Sequence record: PQ015379.1
Length of the DNA stretch: 64,000 bases
Strand: one strand, 5' to 3'
Shown: in pieces, positions 45,773-55,142 of the stretch
Numbering within the stretch: the stretch's first letter is position 1
How the letters are laid out: every line of letters starts with the position of its first letter
Made by a program: the position numbers and the translations under genes
Notes under the pieces: generated by a model
What the model was told of the DNA's origin: nothing
The model's input: only the letters and a program-made list of their open reading frames with translations
The model's database searches: none

Positions 45773-46119
45773 GCACACCACAAGCTTTGCGCAAAGTGAA
45801 AGTGTGGCGCGTGCAGGCCGGGACCGAAAAGCACAACCCGGTTTTTAAAGGCGACTGGTTCTTGGGCGACGACTGGAAAAAGGAATCGTGGCCGCGTGAT
45901 ACCGTGGTCGAAGTTCGCGAAATCTTTTTCTCTTTCATCTGGCGCACGCGGATCGAAGGCAAAGGCCGGATCAAAATCAGCAGCCGCCAACTGTGGACCA
46001 TGAAATCGCGGCGTGAAGCGCAGGTGCTCTACGCCAATAACGGTTCGCCATACGGCGGCCATTACGTTTACCACGAAGAGGCACACGACGATGAATTCGA
46101 CCCAGCCCCCGAATCCTGA
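45769..46119 (+). CDS. hypothetical protein
   Basis: 116 aa coupled ORF. Confidence 0.7.
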   Translation: MSTPQALRKVKVWRVQAGTEKHNPVFKGDWFLGDDWKKESWPRDTVVEVREIFFSFIWRTRIEGKGRIKISSRQLWTMKSRREAQVLYANNGSPYGGHYVYHEEAHDDEFDPAPES

Positions 46120-46336
46120 AGAAATCGCGCCGAATATCGTGCAGCAAATGTTGGGTCGCATTCACCCGCATAAACCGCTACCGTCACACGTCGATATCCC
46201 CGGTGAATTCTATGGCTGGCCGCTGCGTCTGGTGCCACGGAATTGCAGCACCTGCTGGGAACTGGGCGAAGGCCCTGATCAGGAATGGATTGAAAATAAT
46301 CCGTTGAACGTCGTGCATCTGACACCGAATGCCTGA
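46091..46336 (+). CDS. hypothetical protein
   Basis: Probable start MNSTQ at 46091. Confidence 0.55.
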   Translation: MNSTQPPNPEEIAPNIVQQMLGRIHPHKPLPSHVDIPGEFYGWPLRLVPRNCSTCWELGEGPDQEWIENNPLNVVHLTPNA

Positions 46337-46634
46337 TCCTTTTGTGATCGTCTACTGTGCAGAAATTTCTGATGCGTTGGCCAAAATTCCCGAAGAGGAT
46401 TGGCCTTCGCATGTGGACGATCCAGAACACCGGCTCTACGGCCACCCGATGTTCCTTTTGACCGTGAGCCAAACACAACATATTGGCATCAGCAATAAAC
46501 CGAATCCAGATTGGATAAAATCCCACAAACTAATGCTGCGTTACGGACTCGTTGAGCCGCGCAGTTATGGAGCGACCAATGAGCGACGAACCGAAGAAAA
46601 AGAAGAAAAAGAAAAAGGGGTTGATGAAATCTGA
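46329..46634 (+). CDS. hypothetical protein
   Basis: 101 aa ORF. Confidence 0.5.
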   Translation: MPDPFVIVYCAEISDALAKIPEEDWPSHVDDPEHRLYGHPMFLLTVSQTQHIGISNKPNPDWIKSHKLMLRYGLVEPRSYGATNERRTEEKEEKEKGVDEI

Positions 46635-47790
46635 ATCCCTTGACCTGAAGCCGAAGAAGAAAAAGAAATCTTCCGAGGAACAGGAAACCGGCCTCAAGAA
46701 AAAGAAGCCGAAGGACTATGGGCGTGACGTGAGTGGCACCCTCGAAGGCGACGGCAAGAAGAAAAAGAAAAAGGATTTGGCGGAAAAACCCGCTGAACCT
46801 GTTCGCGAACTTCTGCCGGTCGAACAAGACGATTACATCATCGTCAAAGTCGGCAAGAAAAACGAACTCGCCTTCGCACACAGCCCCAAGCGTAACACCG
46901 CGTACATCGAGCGCACGATGAACACCGATGCGCCGGTTACTTTCGAATATGACGGTAACACGCTGATTGCCAACCTCGGCAAAGATCCACTGCCCGGCAA
47001 AGTGCATGGCGTGGATATCCAGCCGCACTATGGCACCATCGATACCCCAATGGGGCCGATGCACATGTACCGCAAACTGAACGACGCGGAAAAAGATGCA
47101 ATCCGTATCGCGCAGAAAAAGATCGTGAAGAAATTCGAAAGCCTCGGCCTCGAAAAACTCTTCCCGTTCACCTCGCTGGAAGTGCACAACCCACGCGGGC
47201 GCTGGGCCGGTATGTATCAGGTCAGTTTCAAATCTGGCGAGGCAGTGGACAAGGTAAAACTGTTCGCGAAAATCCTCGACGACCAAATTTACAACCAGTA
47301 CGTTTTCGCCCACGAATGCGGCCATGGCATCTGGTATCGCTACGTGCCCGAGCGCATCCGCGCCCTGTGGCTGGAACAGTACAACGCGATGACCGCTGTC
47401 ACCAAGGCCAAGAAATCCGAACTGGCCGACCAGTGCCAATCGCTGATCGCTTCGTCGCTGTCGATTCGTGATTTCCAGCGTGATCTGGAAGGCGATGAAC
47501 TAGCGATGTTCAAGGAAGCGCTGGGCTACCTGAAGAAAGTCCACAAAATGTCGCCTGAAGACGTGAACGTTCTGCTGAACCAAAACAGCAAAGTGCTCGC
47601 CGAAATCTGGCCGACTTCTGCCTCGATTTCCAACGCCGATTCGCTGGCCGCGCTGCATGGTCCGTACGCCGCCGTTTCCGTGCAGGAAATGTTCGCAGAA
47701 ATCTTTGCTGCGCACATCAAAGGCGATCACGTGGGCAAGACCCTGACCAAGCTGCTGGAAAAAACCCTCAAAGTCGCACGGAGCGAATAA
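46579..47790 (+). CDS. zincin-type metallopeptidase with poly-Lys N-terminus
   Basis: FAHECGHG (HExxH) and distal QEMFAE; start MSDEPKKKKKKKK at 46579 with GGAG RBS. Confidence 0.7.
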   Translation: MSDEPKKKKKKKKGLMKSESLDLKPKKKKKSSEEQETGLKKKKPKDYGRDVSGTLEGDGKKKKKKDLAEKPAEPVRELLPVEQDDYIIVKVGKKNELAFAHSPKRNTAYIERTMNTDAPVTFEYDGNTLIANLGKDPLPGKVHGVDIQPHYGTIDTPMGPMHMYRKLNDAEKDAIRIAQKKIVKKFESLGLEKLFPFTSLEVHNPRGRWAGMYQVSFKSGEAVDKVKLFAKILDDQIYNQYVFAHECGHGIWYRYVPERIRALWLEQYNAMTAVTKAKKSELADQCQSLIASSLSIRDFQRDLEGDELAMFKEALGYLKKVHKMSPEDVNVLLNQNSKVLAEIWPTSASISNADSLAALHGPYAAVSVQEMFAEIFAAHIKGDHVGKTLTKLLEKTLKVARSE

Positions 47791-47793
47791 CCA

Positions 47794-48048
47794 ATGGGCG
47801 AAGATGATTTGAAATACGAAGAGGCGTTGCTGCTGGGCGGTCCGCACAACGGGCAATTCCTCGACGTGATCGTCGGCGCCGAACAAGTGTTGGTGCGCGG
47901 TGATCAATCGGTTGCTGCGCACGAACAAAACGCATGGGTGTATAAACGACACGAACTGCGGTCCAACACCGGGCGCAGTTACGCGATCTACACCTACGGC
48001 AAAATCGACATTCTGAAAACTCTTCTGGAAGGGTACAAAAAACTATGA
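47794..48048 (+). CDS. hypothetical protein
   Basis: 84 aa; LLLGGPHNG. Confidence 0.7.
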   Translation: MGEDDLKYEEALLLGGPHNGQFLDVIVGAEQVLVRGDQSVAAHEQNAWVYKRHELRSNTGRSYAIYTYGKIDILKTLLEGYKKL

Positions 48049-48311
48049 AGAAAATTCTGATTATTTTGTCGCTACTATCGGTCGCCGGTTGCGGAGACGA
48101 TAAAGTCTACGTCGATGCCACGACCGGCCAGCGTGTAGCGGCCCCGGAAGAGCGCAATCTGGAATCTTTCAACTATACGAAATCCACGAATTACGCGATG
48201 GATCGTATGTGTATCGATGGTGTTGTGTACCTGCGTTATGATCGCGGGATCACCGTCGCTTTCAAATCTGACGGCACGGTCGCTCGCTGCAAAGGGGCGC
48301 AGCTACTATGA
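48045..48311 (+). CDS. lipoprotein
   Basis: MKKILIILSLLSVAG-C signal II/lipobox. Confidence 0.8.
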   Translation: MKKILIILSLLSVAGCGDDKVYVDATTGQRVAAPEERNLESFNYTKSTNYAMDRMCIDGVVYLRYDRGITVAFKSDGTVARCKGAQLL

Positions 48312-48556
48312 CCAACGCCACGTGGTGGATCTTGGGCCTGTTTTTCGCGGGCGTCCTCGCACTGATCGTGGTTGCGGTTTATCGTGGCCGGGCCAAGCCT
48401 GAACCAACACCGACGAAACGCAAAAATCCTAAAAGCCGGATGGAACGCAAACTGTCGCGGGAAGTTTACGCGAAGGCCATCAGACACGGCGCTACCGAGG
48501 CCGAAGCGCGCAAATGCGTTGCCCTCTACCTAAAACGCCGGGCTGCTAAACTGTAA
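48308..48556 (+). CDS. small N-anchored membrane protein carrying a KAIRHGATEAEA module
   Basis: TM WWILGLFFAGVLALIVVAVY then basic domain shared with 60727..62025. Confidence 0.8.
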   Translation: MTNATWWILGLFFAGVLALIVVAVYRGRAKPEPTPTKRKNPKSRMERKLSREVYAKAIRHGATEAEARKCVALYLKRRAAKL

Positions 48557-48591
48557 ATACAGGGTAAGCCCTCAATCGAAGTGACTGTGAC

Positions 48592-49776
48592 ATGGCAAAA
48601 GAAGTGAAGAAGAAAAAGACGTTCAAATCTGACACCGAAGAGAACGTGAAGGCCGCCAAGAAAAAAGCGAAAGGCAGTGGCGAAAAGCTCACGCTCGAAA
48701 CTTCGCAGCTGGCCAACGAATACCGCCCGCGTAAGCTGGATCAAGTAGTCGGTCAAGACACAACGGTCGCGGCCCTCGAAGGTATGTTCAAGCGCGGAAA
48801 GATTCCGCAAGTTATGCTTTTCTCCGGTCACTACGGCTGCGGCAAAACGTCGTTCGCCGGGATCGTGGCCCGCATGATCAACTGTGAAACGCTCAACCTG
48901 TGCGGCAAGTGCGTAAGCTGCCGTATGGGCAAACACCCTGACCTGATCGAACACGACGCGGCGGTCAAAGGCAACATCGACGCCATCCGTTCGCTGATCG
49001 CAGCAGCAGGCAACGCCCCGAGTTTCCGCAAGCGTGTAATTCTGGTGGACGAAGTGCACGCCCTGCGCGACCAAAGCGAAAAAGCGATGCTGACCAGTGT
49101 GGAAAATCCGCCGCCGAATACCATTTGGTTGCTGTGCACCACCAACCCGGAAAAAATGAACAAGGCGTTGGTTAGCCGGGCAACGCATTTCCGCCTGAAG
49201 CAAATCGAACTCGACACCATGGTCGAGCGTCTGAACTTCATCGCCGAAGCCGAAGGGCAGAAGCTGAAGAAAGAAGTCAAAAAAGCGATTACCACCATCG
49301 CAGAATCCAGCAACGGCTCGCTTCGTGAAGCAGTGTCCAAGCTGGATTTGTTGCTTTCGGTCCTCGCATCCGGGCGCAAGTACAACCCGGACGACCTGAG
49401 TTCGTTCGTCGATATCGAAGCAGACCTCGACGAATATTCCGCGCATTTCCTTGCGTCGATTTTCAAACGCGACCTGATCAAGATGGTGCAGTGCGCCAAG
49501 ACCTGCGGCGGTGTTCGCGGCCTGATCAACAAAACGCGCTGGCTTGTTGAATACAAGATCGGACAGCACACCGGCACCAACAAATACACGCCTTACAACG
49601 GCAAGCTTTTCGATGCGCTGGCCAAACAGGAAGGGATCAAGAAAACCGGCATCAAGCCGCTGATCATGATCCAGAATTTGCTGAGTGAAATCGAAGTCAA
49701 ATTGAACAGCGCGACGCTCGACGAAACCGTTGTGTTCTATAGCTCGGTCGGCGCCTTTATCGCAGAGAACGAATGA
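48592..49776 (+). CDS. dnaX: DNA polymerase III gamma/tau-like clamp loader ATPase
   Basis: YRPRKLDQVVGQ, GHYGCGKTS, CGKCVSC, ILVDEVHAL; ACTGTAAA at 48550-48557 upstream. Confidence 0.85.
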   Translation: MAKEVKKKKTFKSDTEENVKAAKKKAKGSGEKLTLETSQLANEYRPRKLDQVVGQDTTVAALEGMFKRGKIPQVMLFSGHYGCGKTSFAGIVARMINCETLNLCGKCVSCRMGKHPDLIEHDAAVKGNIDAIRSLIAAAGNAPSFRKRVILVDEVHALRDQSEKAMLTSVENPPPNTIWLLCTTNPEKMNKALVSRATHFRLKQIELDTMVERLNFIAEAEGQKLKKEVKKAITTIAESSNGSLREAVSKLDLLLSVLASGRKYNPDDLSSFVDIEADLDEYSAHFLASIFKRDLIKMVQCAKTCGGVRGLINKTRWLVEYKIGQHTGTNKYTPYNGKLFDALAKQEGIKKTGIKPLIMIQNLLSEIEVKLNSATLDETVVFYSSVGAFIAENE

Positions 49777-51851
49777 TGGATCTTTCCACTACCGAAGCGG
49801 GACTGCTTTACACGATCAAAAACGAGCCGGGTAAAACCCTGACTTACTACGGCGACCAACTGCGCACGTCGCATACGCACCTGACCCGTGCGCTGGAAAA
49901 ACTGGTGCGTGCAGGGTACGTGGAGCGCATCGACAACAAGCTGACGATTTCTGATTCGTTCATGAAAAAGGAAGAGCAGGAAGTCGAGGCCGAGGCGCCT
50001 GAAGCGGTAGTGGAAATTCCTGAACCAGTTGTCGAAGAATCAGCACCCGAAGTTCCGGCTGAACCCGAGCCTGAAGAGGTTGTGCCGCCGAAAACTGACG
50101 GTGACAAAGTAATCGACAAAATGCTGGACGAAATGCAGGATCGTCCCCGCATCACGTCGATGGAATTGCAAAAGCTTCTGGCCGATGGTGTGCCGCGTAC
50201 TGCGCTGCAAATCGCTATGCACTTCGGCTACAACCGGGGCACCGCCGTTGCGCAAGTGCTGCGCAATATGTGCAACGCAAACGTGATGGTGAAAGAAGGC
50301 CCGCTGTATTCGCTGAAACACGAACCGACGATTGCCGTTGTGCAGCAAAGCGGAATCGTTGTGCGCAAGGGCGAGCCTGACGACATGATCGTTAAGGACA
50401 AACCACGCATTCCCGGTCTGGATGACTGCGAACTACGCGAAGCAATTCTGCGCCTGCGTGAGCCGTTCACCGCCGAACAGTGTTTGGCGATCCTGCAACG
50501 CCGCCACAAAGTGGAACGTGTGCCGTTCCTCGAAGTTTTCGAAACCATCGCGTTTGCCAACAAATTCGTGGCGTGGGACGGTAACGAATTCGTCGATCCA
50601 ATCGTCGATTATTCCCCGACCCACACGTTCATCGTGGTTGACCGCATGGACGCAAAAGATGCGTTCAAACTGCTGGACAACTATTGCGAGAAATTCAAAG
50701 AACCTTACAAGCTTTTCGAGGTTGTGAGTGTCACGCGCCTGCCTCCTGCCGAGGTGCTGGCGTATTTCAGCGATATGAATTATTTCACGCGTGATATCAA
50801 CAAAATCACGCACGGCAATTTCGCGCCACACTACCCGAACCGCAAGGATCGGCAGGCTGCGAAGCGTGGCCCGGCCCCGGCCAAGCCTTACGCACGTCTC
50901 GAAACGCTGGAACAGGAACACGTGAAGCGTTTCATGCTGGGCGGCGTGTCGGTTGATACGTTCATCAAACGTTTCCACATCGACCCAGCAGAAAAAGCGC
51001 GTACTGTCGAACTTCTGGTAGCCGCCAAACTGGCTCGCCATGACGCGGAAAACGATTGGGTATTCCTGCGTGATGATGTGGAAATGAAGCCACTGAAACT
51101 CGGTGACTACGACGCACCCGAAATCGAGTTGCCTGATGATCATATTCTGAACGATGAATTGTCGGAAGTTTTGGTCGCCTGCATCGAAGAGGAAGAGCAG
51201 CCAAAACCAGATTTCGAAGTCGGCCCCATGCACGAAATCCCACAAGATCAATTCAACGAAATGGTGGATCGTTTCGTCGGTGTGTTGCCTAGCGCCCCGG
51301 CCACTGAGGGCATCACAGTAATGACCGAAGGCATGGTCGAAATGTCGGTCGAGGACTACGAAAAAGCGCTGGCCCAAGGCGCGGATTTGTTGCTGTATCA
51401 AGTTCTGCCGTGCGGCCAACGTGTGCACGTGTGGACCAACAAACGCCCAGCCGAAACCACTGCCGAGGATCAGGCGGAAGAACTCGACGACGATGTGTTC
51501 GGCGGCGATTCCTGCGATGGCTGTGGTGCTGGCCCTGACGACGAATGCACCTGCATGAACACTCGCTGCGGCGAATGCGATCACGTCGATTGCGTTTGCA
51601 AACTTGACGATTATGTTTTTGGCTGCAAAGGTCCGAAAGGTGCGCCCACATCGGATGGCCCTACCGGTACGTGCGGCATACAAGGCACGTACCACCTGCA
51701 ACGCTGCGCCAAGATTTTCTGTAAAGATTCTGTACCTGATAAACGTTGGGGCCTTGTGCTGCAAATGTTGGAAGAGCGTATGCGCTTCGAACATCAGTAC
51801 ACGTCCGCCGACCAACTCAAAGCAATTCGTGAGTATTTGGAAACCCCATGA
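49773..51851 (+). CDS. large multi-winged-helix-like protein with acidic linkers and Cys-rich C-terminus
   Basis: N-term EPGKTLTYYGDQL...LTRALEKLVRAGYVER is MarR/wHTH-like; SCDGC...CTC...CGECDHVDCVC. Confidence 0.55.
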   Translation: MMDLSTTEAGLLYTIKNEPGKTLTYYGDQLRTSHTHLTRALEKLVRAGYVERIDNKLTISDSFMKKEEQEVEAEAPEAVVEIPEPVVEESAPEVPAEPEPEEVVPPKTDGDKVIDKMLDEMQDRPRITSMELQKLLADGVPRTALQIAMHFGYNRGTAVAQVLRNMCNANVMVKEGPLYSLKHEPTIAVVQQSGIVVRKGEPDDMIVKDKPRIPGLDDCELREAILRLREPFTAEQCLAILQRRHKVERVPFLEVFETIAFANKFVAWDGNEFVDPIVDYSPTHTFIVVDRMDAKDAFKLLDNYCEKFKEPYKLFEVVSVTRLPPAEVLAYFSDMNYFTRDINKITHGNFAPHYPNRKDRQAAKRGPAPAKPYARLETLEQEHVKRFMLGGVSVDTFIKRFHIDPAEKARTVELLVAAKLARHDAENDWVFLRDDVEMKPLKLGDYDAPEIELPDDHILNDELSEVLVACIEEEEQPKPDFEVGPMHEIPQDQFNEMVDRFVGVLPSAPATEGITVMTEGMVEMSVEDYEKALAQGADLLLYQVLPCGQRVHVWTNKRPAETTAEDQAEELDDDVFGGDSCDGCGAGPDDECTCMNTRCGECDHVDCVCKLDDYVFGCKGPKGAPTSDGPTGTCGIQGTYHLQRCAKIFCKDSVPDKRWGLVLQMLEERMRFEHQYTSADQLKAIREYLETP

Positions 51852-54154
51852 TCAACATCACCGGCAGCCGTTTTGGCGGTATCGTCTCGTACAAAAAGGG
51901 TGAATTTGATTTCACCAACAACTGTGGTCTGACCACGGTTTCCGGACACAACCGCGACTCCCTGATTTCCAAGAATCAGAACAACGGCGCCGGTAAATCC
52001 CTGCTGTTTTCGATGCTGCCTAACGTCGCTTTCGAGCAGACGCCGATGGCCGACACGCGGAAGAAAAACCGCATTCACTCGAAAGGATCGTTCATCGAAT
52101 TCGATGTGGAGAACTTGGGTCACAAGTGGACGATCCGCCAGCAGGGCAACGGTTACAAAATCTTCCGCGACGGTACGGATCTTGAGGTTCGTGGCCAAGC
52201 CAACCAGCGGGAACAAATCGCGAAAATCATTCCTCTGACGCCCGAGGAATGGTATTCGTATGTGCACCTGCAATCGCAGAAGAAACTGGAATTCCTGTAC
52301 GGCACACCACGTGCCCGCATGACCTATATCAGTGATGTGTGGCGTCTCGATCAGTTCGACGTGCTGCGTCGGTTCTTCGAAAAGAAAATCGACGAAGTAA
52401 AAGTCGCGCAGAACAAGTCGGATGCCTTCAGCCACCAGCTGATGAACATCAATGACGCGCTGAACAAAAACGGCTGGAACAAAAAGCTGGACAAGGAACT
52501 GGCCGAGGCGAAAGAAATCGTCAAAACCCAGTCCAAGAAAGTGACGAAGCTTCAGACCCAGCGGCAGGAACTGAAGAGTCTGGCCAAGCAGGTCGAGTTC
52601 TACACGACCACGAAACAAAAGCTGGATAAACTCAAGGGGAAAATCCGTTGGGATCTGGCCGACCTGAAAGAGCAGTATCAGCTGCATCAACAGGCCGAGA
52701 AGCACGCAGAAGAAATGGAAGAGTACGACCGGCGTACCAAGAAACTGGTACGCAAGTTGGAAGAACTGGGCGACACTTCCGGGGGAGGCAAGGCCAGCAA
52801 AAAGAAAATCAAGGAACTGCGGGCAGAACTCGCCAAGTTGGAAGAGGACGACCGGCGCCTTGAGAAGGTCCGCGACAAGCACGACGCTGCTGTGCGCGAA
52901 CTGGAAAACTTGGATGATCACGTGGACCCTGATCTGCGGAAATTCCTGTCCAAGTGCAACAAAGAAAAAGTCGATCCGATGGAGGCCCTGAAAGAGGAAT
53001 ACGCCGAAGCGAAATCGACGATGAAGCTGGCCGATCTACTGCACGATCACGACGGTGGCAACTGCCCGACGTGCCAACAGTCGATCAACCTGAAGGATCT
53101 GGAAAAAACCATTGCTTCGGCCAAAAAGCGCCGGGGCAAAGCGCACTCGATGATTCACGCGCTGGAAATCCGGATCACCAAGGAAGAAAACACCAACATC
53201 ATCAAGCAACTGAAGTTCGATGATCGGAGTTTCTACAAGGCCCGCAAGCGCATCAAGACCATCCGCGCCGAACTTGTAACGCTCGAAGAACAGATGGAAA
53301 ACGCAGTGCGTTATGACGAAATCATGGCGCAGATGCAGGAACTGAAAAAGCCCAAGGCGCCGAAGCGTGCACCTGTTGTCTCGATGGAAAAGATCGAACA
53401 GCAAAAGGAATACCACGACGAAGTAAAACGCCTGAAGCTGCGCCTTGCCGAGTTCGACGAAGTACCCGAAGACGACAACATTCTGAAGCGTCTGGCGGAA
53501 GTTGAAACGAAGCTGGCCAAGGTTGAAAAGAAATACGCCAAGGCTCACAAAGTCACGGTGCGTTACAGTTCGTTGCGTGCAGAATTCAAACTGCTGACCA
53601 AGCAGCGCGAAGAAACCAGCGCCAAGATCGAAGAATTCGCCCCGCTGATCAAAAAGCTGGCGCGGTTTAAGGTTCTGGTCAAAGCCTATAGCAACAAAGG
53701 GCTAAAGCTGAACGCCATGCACGAAATCGTGTACGGGCTTCAGCAGAACTACAACAAATACGCACAGCTGATTTTCGCTGAGCCGTTTAAATTCCACGTG
53801 GAAGCCAAGGAAGACGGGGTGCACATCATCGTTGACCGGGGCCAAGGCAACGTGTCGGATGTTCGTGAATTGTCCGGCGCAGAATCGGATAGTTTCCGCC
53901 TGCTGCACTTCCTCGCATGCGTGATCATGGCCAAGGATGATCGCCGGGTTAACCTTGCGATTCTCGACGAACCAGACGCGCACATGGACCCAGCAACCAC
54001 GCAACTTTTTGTCGAACGTTACGTTCCGTTCCTGCGCAAGCTGGTGCCTCACGTGTTCATCATTACGCAGAAGGGCAAACACCTGCACCCGGAATGCTCG
54101 TACGTCACGGTCGAGAAATTCAAAGGGGTTTCCAATGTTCGCTACGACGCCTGA
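51848..54154 (+). CDS. sbcC: SbcC/Rad50/gp46-like SMC ATPase
   Basis: NGAGKS Walker A, coiled coils, CPTC zinc hook, LSGAE signature, LDEPD Walker B. Confidence 0.92.
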   Translation: MINITGSRFGGIVSYKKGEFDFTNNCGLTTVSGHNRDSLISKNQNNGAGKSLLFSMLPNVAFEQTPMADTRKKNRIHSKGSFIEFDVENLGHKWTIRQQGNGYKIFRDGTDLEVRGQANQREQIAKIIPLTPEEWYSYVHLQSQKKLEFLYGTPRARMTYISDVWRLDQFDVLRRFFEKKIDEVKVAQNKSDAFSHQLMNINDALNKNGWNKKLDKELAEAKEIVKTQSKKVTKLQTQRQELKSLAKQVEFYTTTKQKLDKLKGKIRWDLADLKEQYQLHQQAEKHAEEMEEYDRRTKKLVRKLEELGDTSGGGKASKKKIKELRAELAKLEEDDRRLEKVRDKHDAAVRELENLDDHVDPDLRKFLSKCNKEKVDPMEALKEEYAEAKSTMKLADLLHDHDGGNCPTCQQSINLKDLEKTIASAKKRRGKAHSMIHALEIRITKEENTNIIKQLKFDDRSFYKARKRIKTIRAELVTLEEQMENAVRYDEIMAQMQELKKPKAPKRAPVVSMEKIEQQKEYHDEVKRLKLRLAEFDEVPEDDNILKRLAEVETKLAKVEKKYAKAHKVTVRYSSLRAEFKLLTKQREETSAKIEEFAPLIKKLARFKVLVKAYSNKGLKLNAMHEIVYGLQQNYNKYAQLIFAEPFKFHVEAKEDGVHIIVDRGQGNVSDVRELSGAESDSFRLLHFLACVIMAKDDRRVNLAILDEPDAHMDPATTQLFVERYVPFLRKLVPHVFIITQKGKHLHPECSYVTVEKFKGVSNVRYDA

Positions 54155-54431
54155 CGACGTATACCATTCGATTGTCCGAAATAAACGAGATATCCATGAG
54201 TTTTTGGTGCAAGTTTATGCGGACAACGCCGATACTGAATACGACGAACTTCCGGTTGTGATCGACGAAGATTGTTTGCCAACGGTTTTCCCTTGCCTGC
54301 TGATCGTGCGGTGGGCAGGTAACGCCGAGGTGCAAGTGGTGGCCACCATCGATCTGACCGAAAATGCCAACCTCACTTATCACCTGTGCAGCATGGGTGC
54401 CAAATTGGGTGATGTAATTGGCACGGTCTAA
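54135..54431 (+). CDS. hypothetical protein
   Basis: Start MFATT at 54135. Confidence 0.65.
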   Translation: MFATTPDDVYHSIVRNKRDIHEFLVQVYADNADTEYDELPVVIDEDCLPTVFPCLLIVRWAGNAEVQVVATIDLTENANLTYHLCSMGAKLGDVIGTV

Positions 54432-54750
54432 TGCTGTGCAAAACTATCTGCCTCGCATCGCGTGGGAATGTGATCACGTGGTGCACTACAGCTATTGGAT
54501 CATCACGGCCCACGCGCACATTCCCGGCAATGCTTCGCTTTGTGTTTTCGGTGAGTATCGTTTGCCGTTGCTGCGCGTTGCAAAGCTGGGTATGCGTTCC
54601 TGCCTCGAAGAAATTGTGCGTGATGCAGAAGTTTCGCTGTCGCACAAATATAATACGCTGGTGCGTAAACATGCGCCGAAGAACAAGCGCGCACAAGCCG
54701 CGCTAGACATGATCACCGAATGGCAGGACAAACAACGTGGGCCAGCCTAA
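54418..54750 (+). CDS. hypothetical protein (start uncertain)
   Basis: Best codon use in the QNYLPRIAWECD frame; see finding on its start. Confidence 0.55.
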   Translation: MARSNAVQNYLPRIAWECDHVVHYSYWIITAHAHIPGNASLCVFGEYRLPLLRVAKLGMRSCLEEIVRDAEVSLSHKYNTLVRKHAPKNKRAQAALDMITEWQDKQRGPA

Positions 54751-55006
54751 ACCGAAAATCAAATGGTCGTGCGATCCTACGGTCCACGATGATATGCTGC
54801 ATTTCCGTGCGACCCTCATGTGGTACGGGATCGAAATTAAAACTGAGGCAAAGCTGTGCAAAACGCGGCTGTACGAAGATCCTTGGGTTTACTTGTCGGT
54901 CATTCAAGCCATGCAGGACGCCATCGACGACGCGCTAGACAATGTGACCAGAACCATCACGGATTCGCTCGACTATGACGACGAAAAAACCGAAGCTGAA
55001 ACCTAA
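54737..55006 (+). CDS. hypothetical protein
   Basis: 89 aa ORF. Confidence 0.6.
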   Translation: MGQPKPKIKWSCDPTVHDDMLHFRATLMWYGIEIKTEAKLCKTRLYEDPWVYLSVIQAMQDAIDDALDNVTRTITDSLDYDDEKTEAET

Positions 55007-55142
55007 ACACGAACAGCGTTTGGCCCAAGGCAAGGCGCGTCTCGAAAAATACATCGCTGAGAACGGCGACCATTTCCAACAAATGATCGACGCCTGCGAA
55101 GGGCATACATTCACAGGCCCATTGGCCGGGAGAATCAAATGA
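54975..55142 (+). CDS. small hypothetical protein (55 aa)
   Basis: MTTKKPKLKPKHEQRLAQGKARLEKY...GRIK; ATGA-coupled to next ORF. Confidence 0.55.
   Translation: MTTKKPKLKPKHEQRLAQGKARLEKYIAENGDHFQQMIDACEGHTFTGPLAGRIK

Noticed and set aside
48045-48556. Lipoprotein plus TM protein as an o-/i-spanin pair
   Set aside because: Order is reversed, the TM protein's soluble part is short and basic rather than a periplasmic coiled coil, and no holin or endolysin is adjacent.
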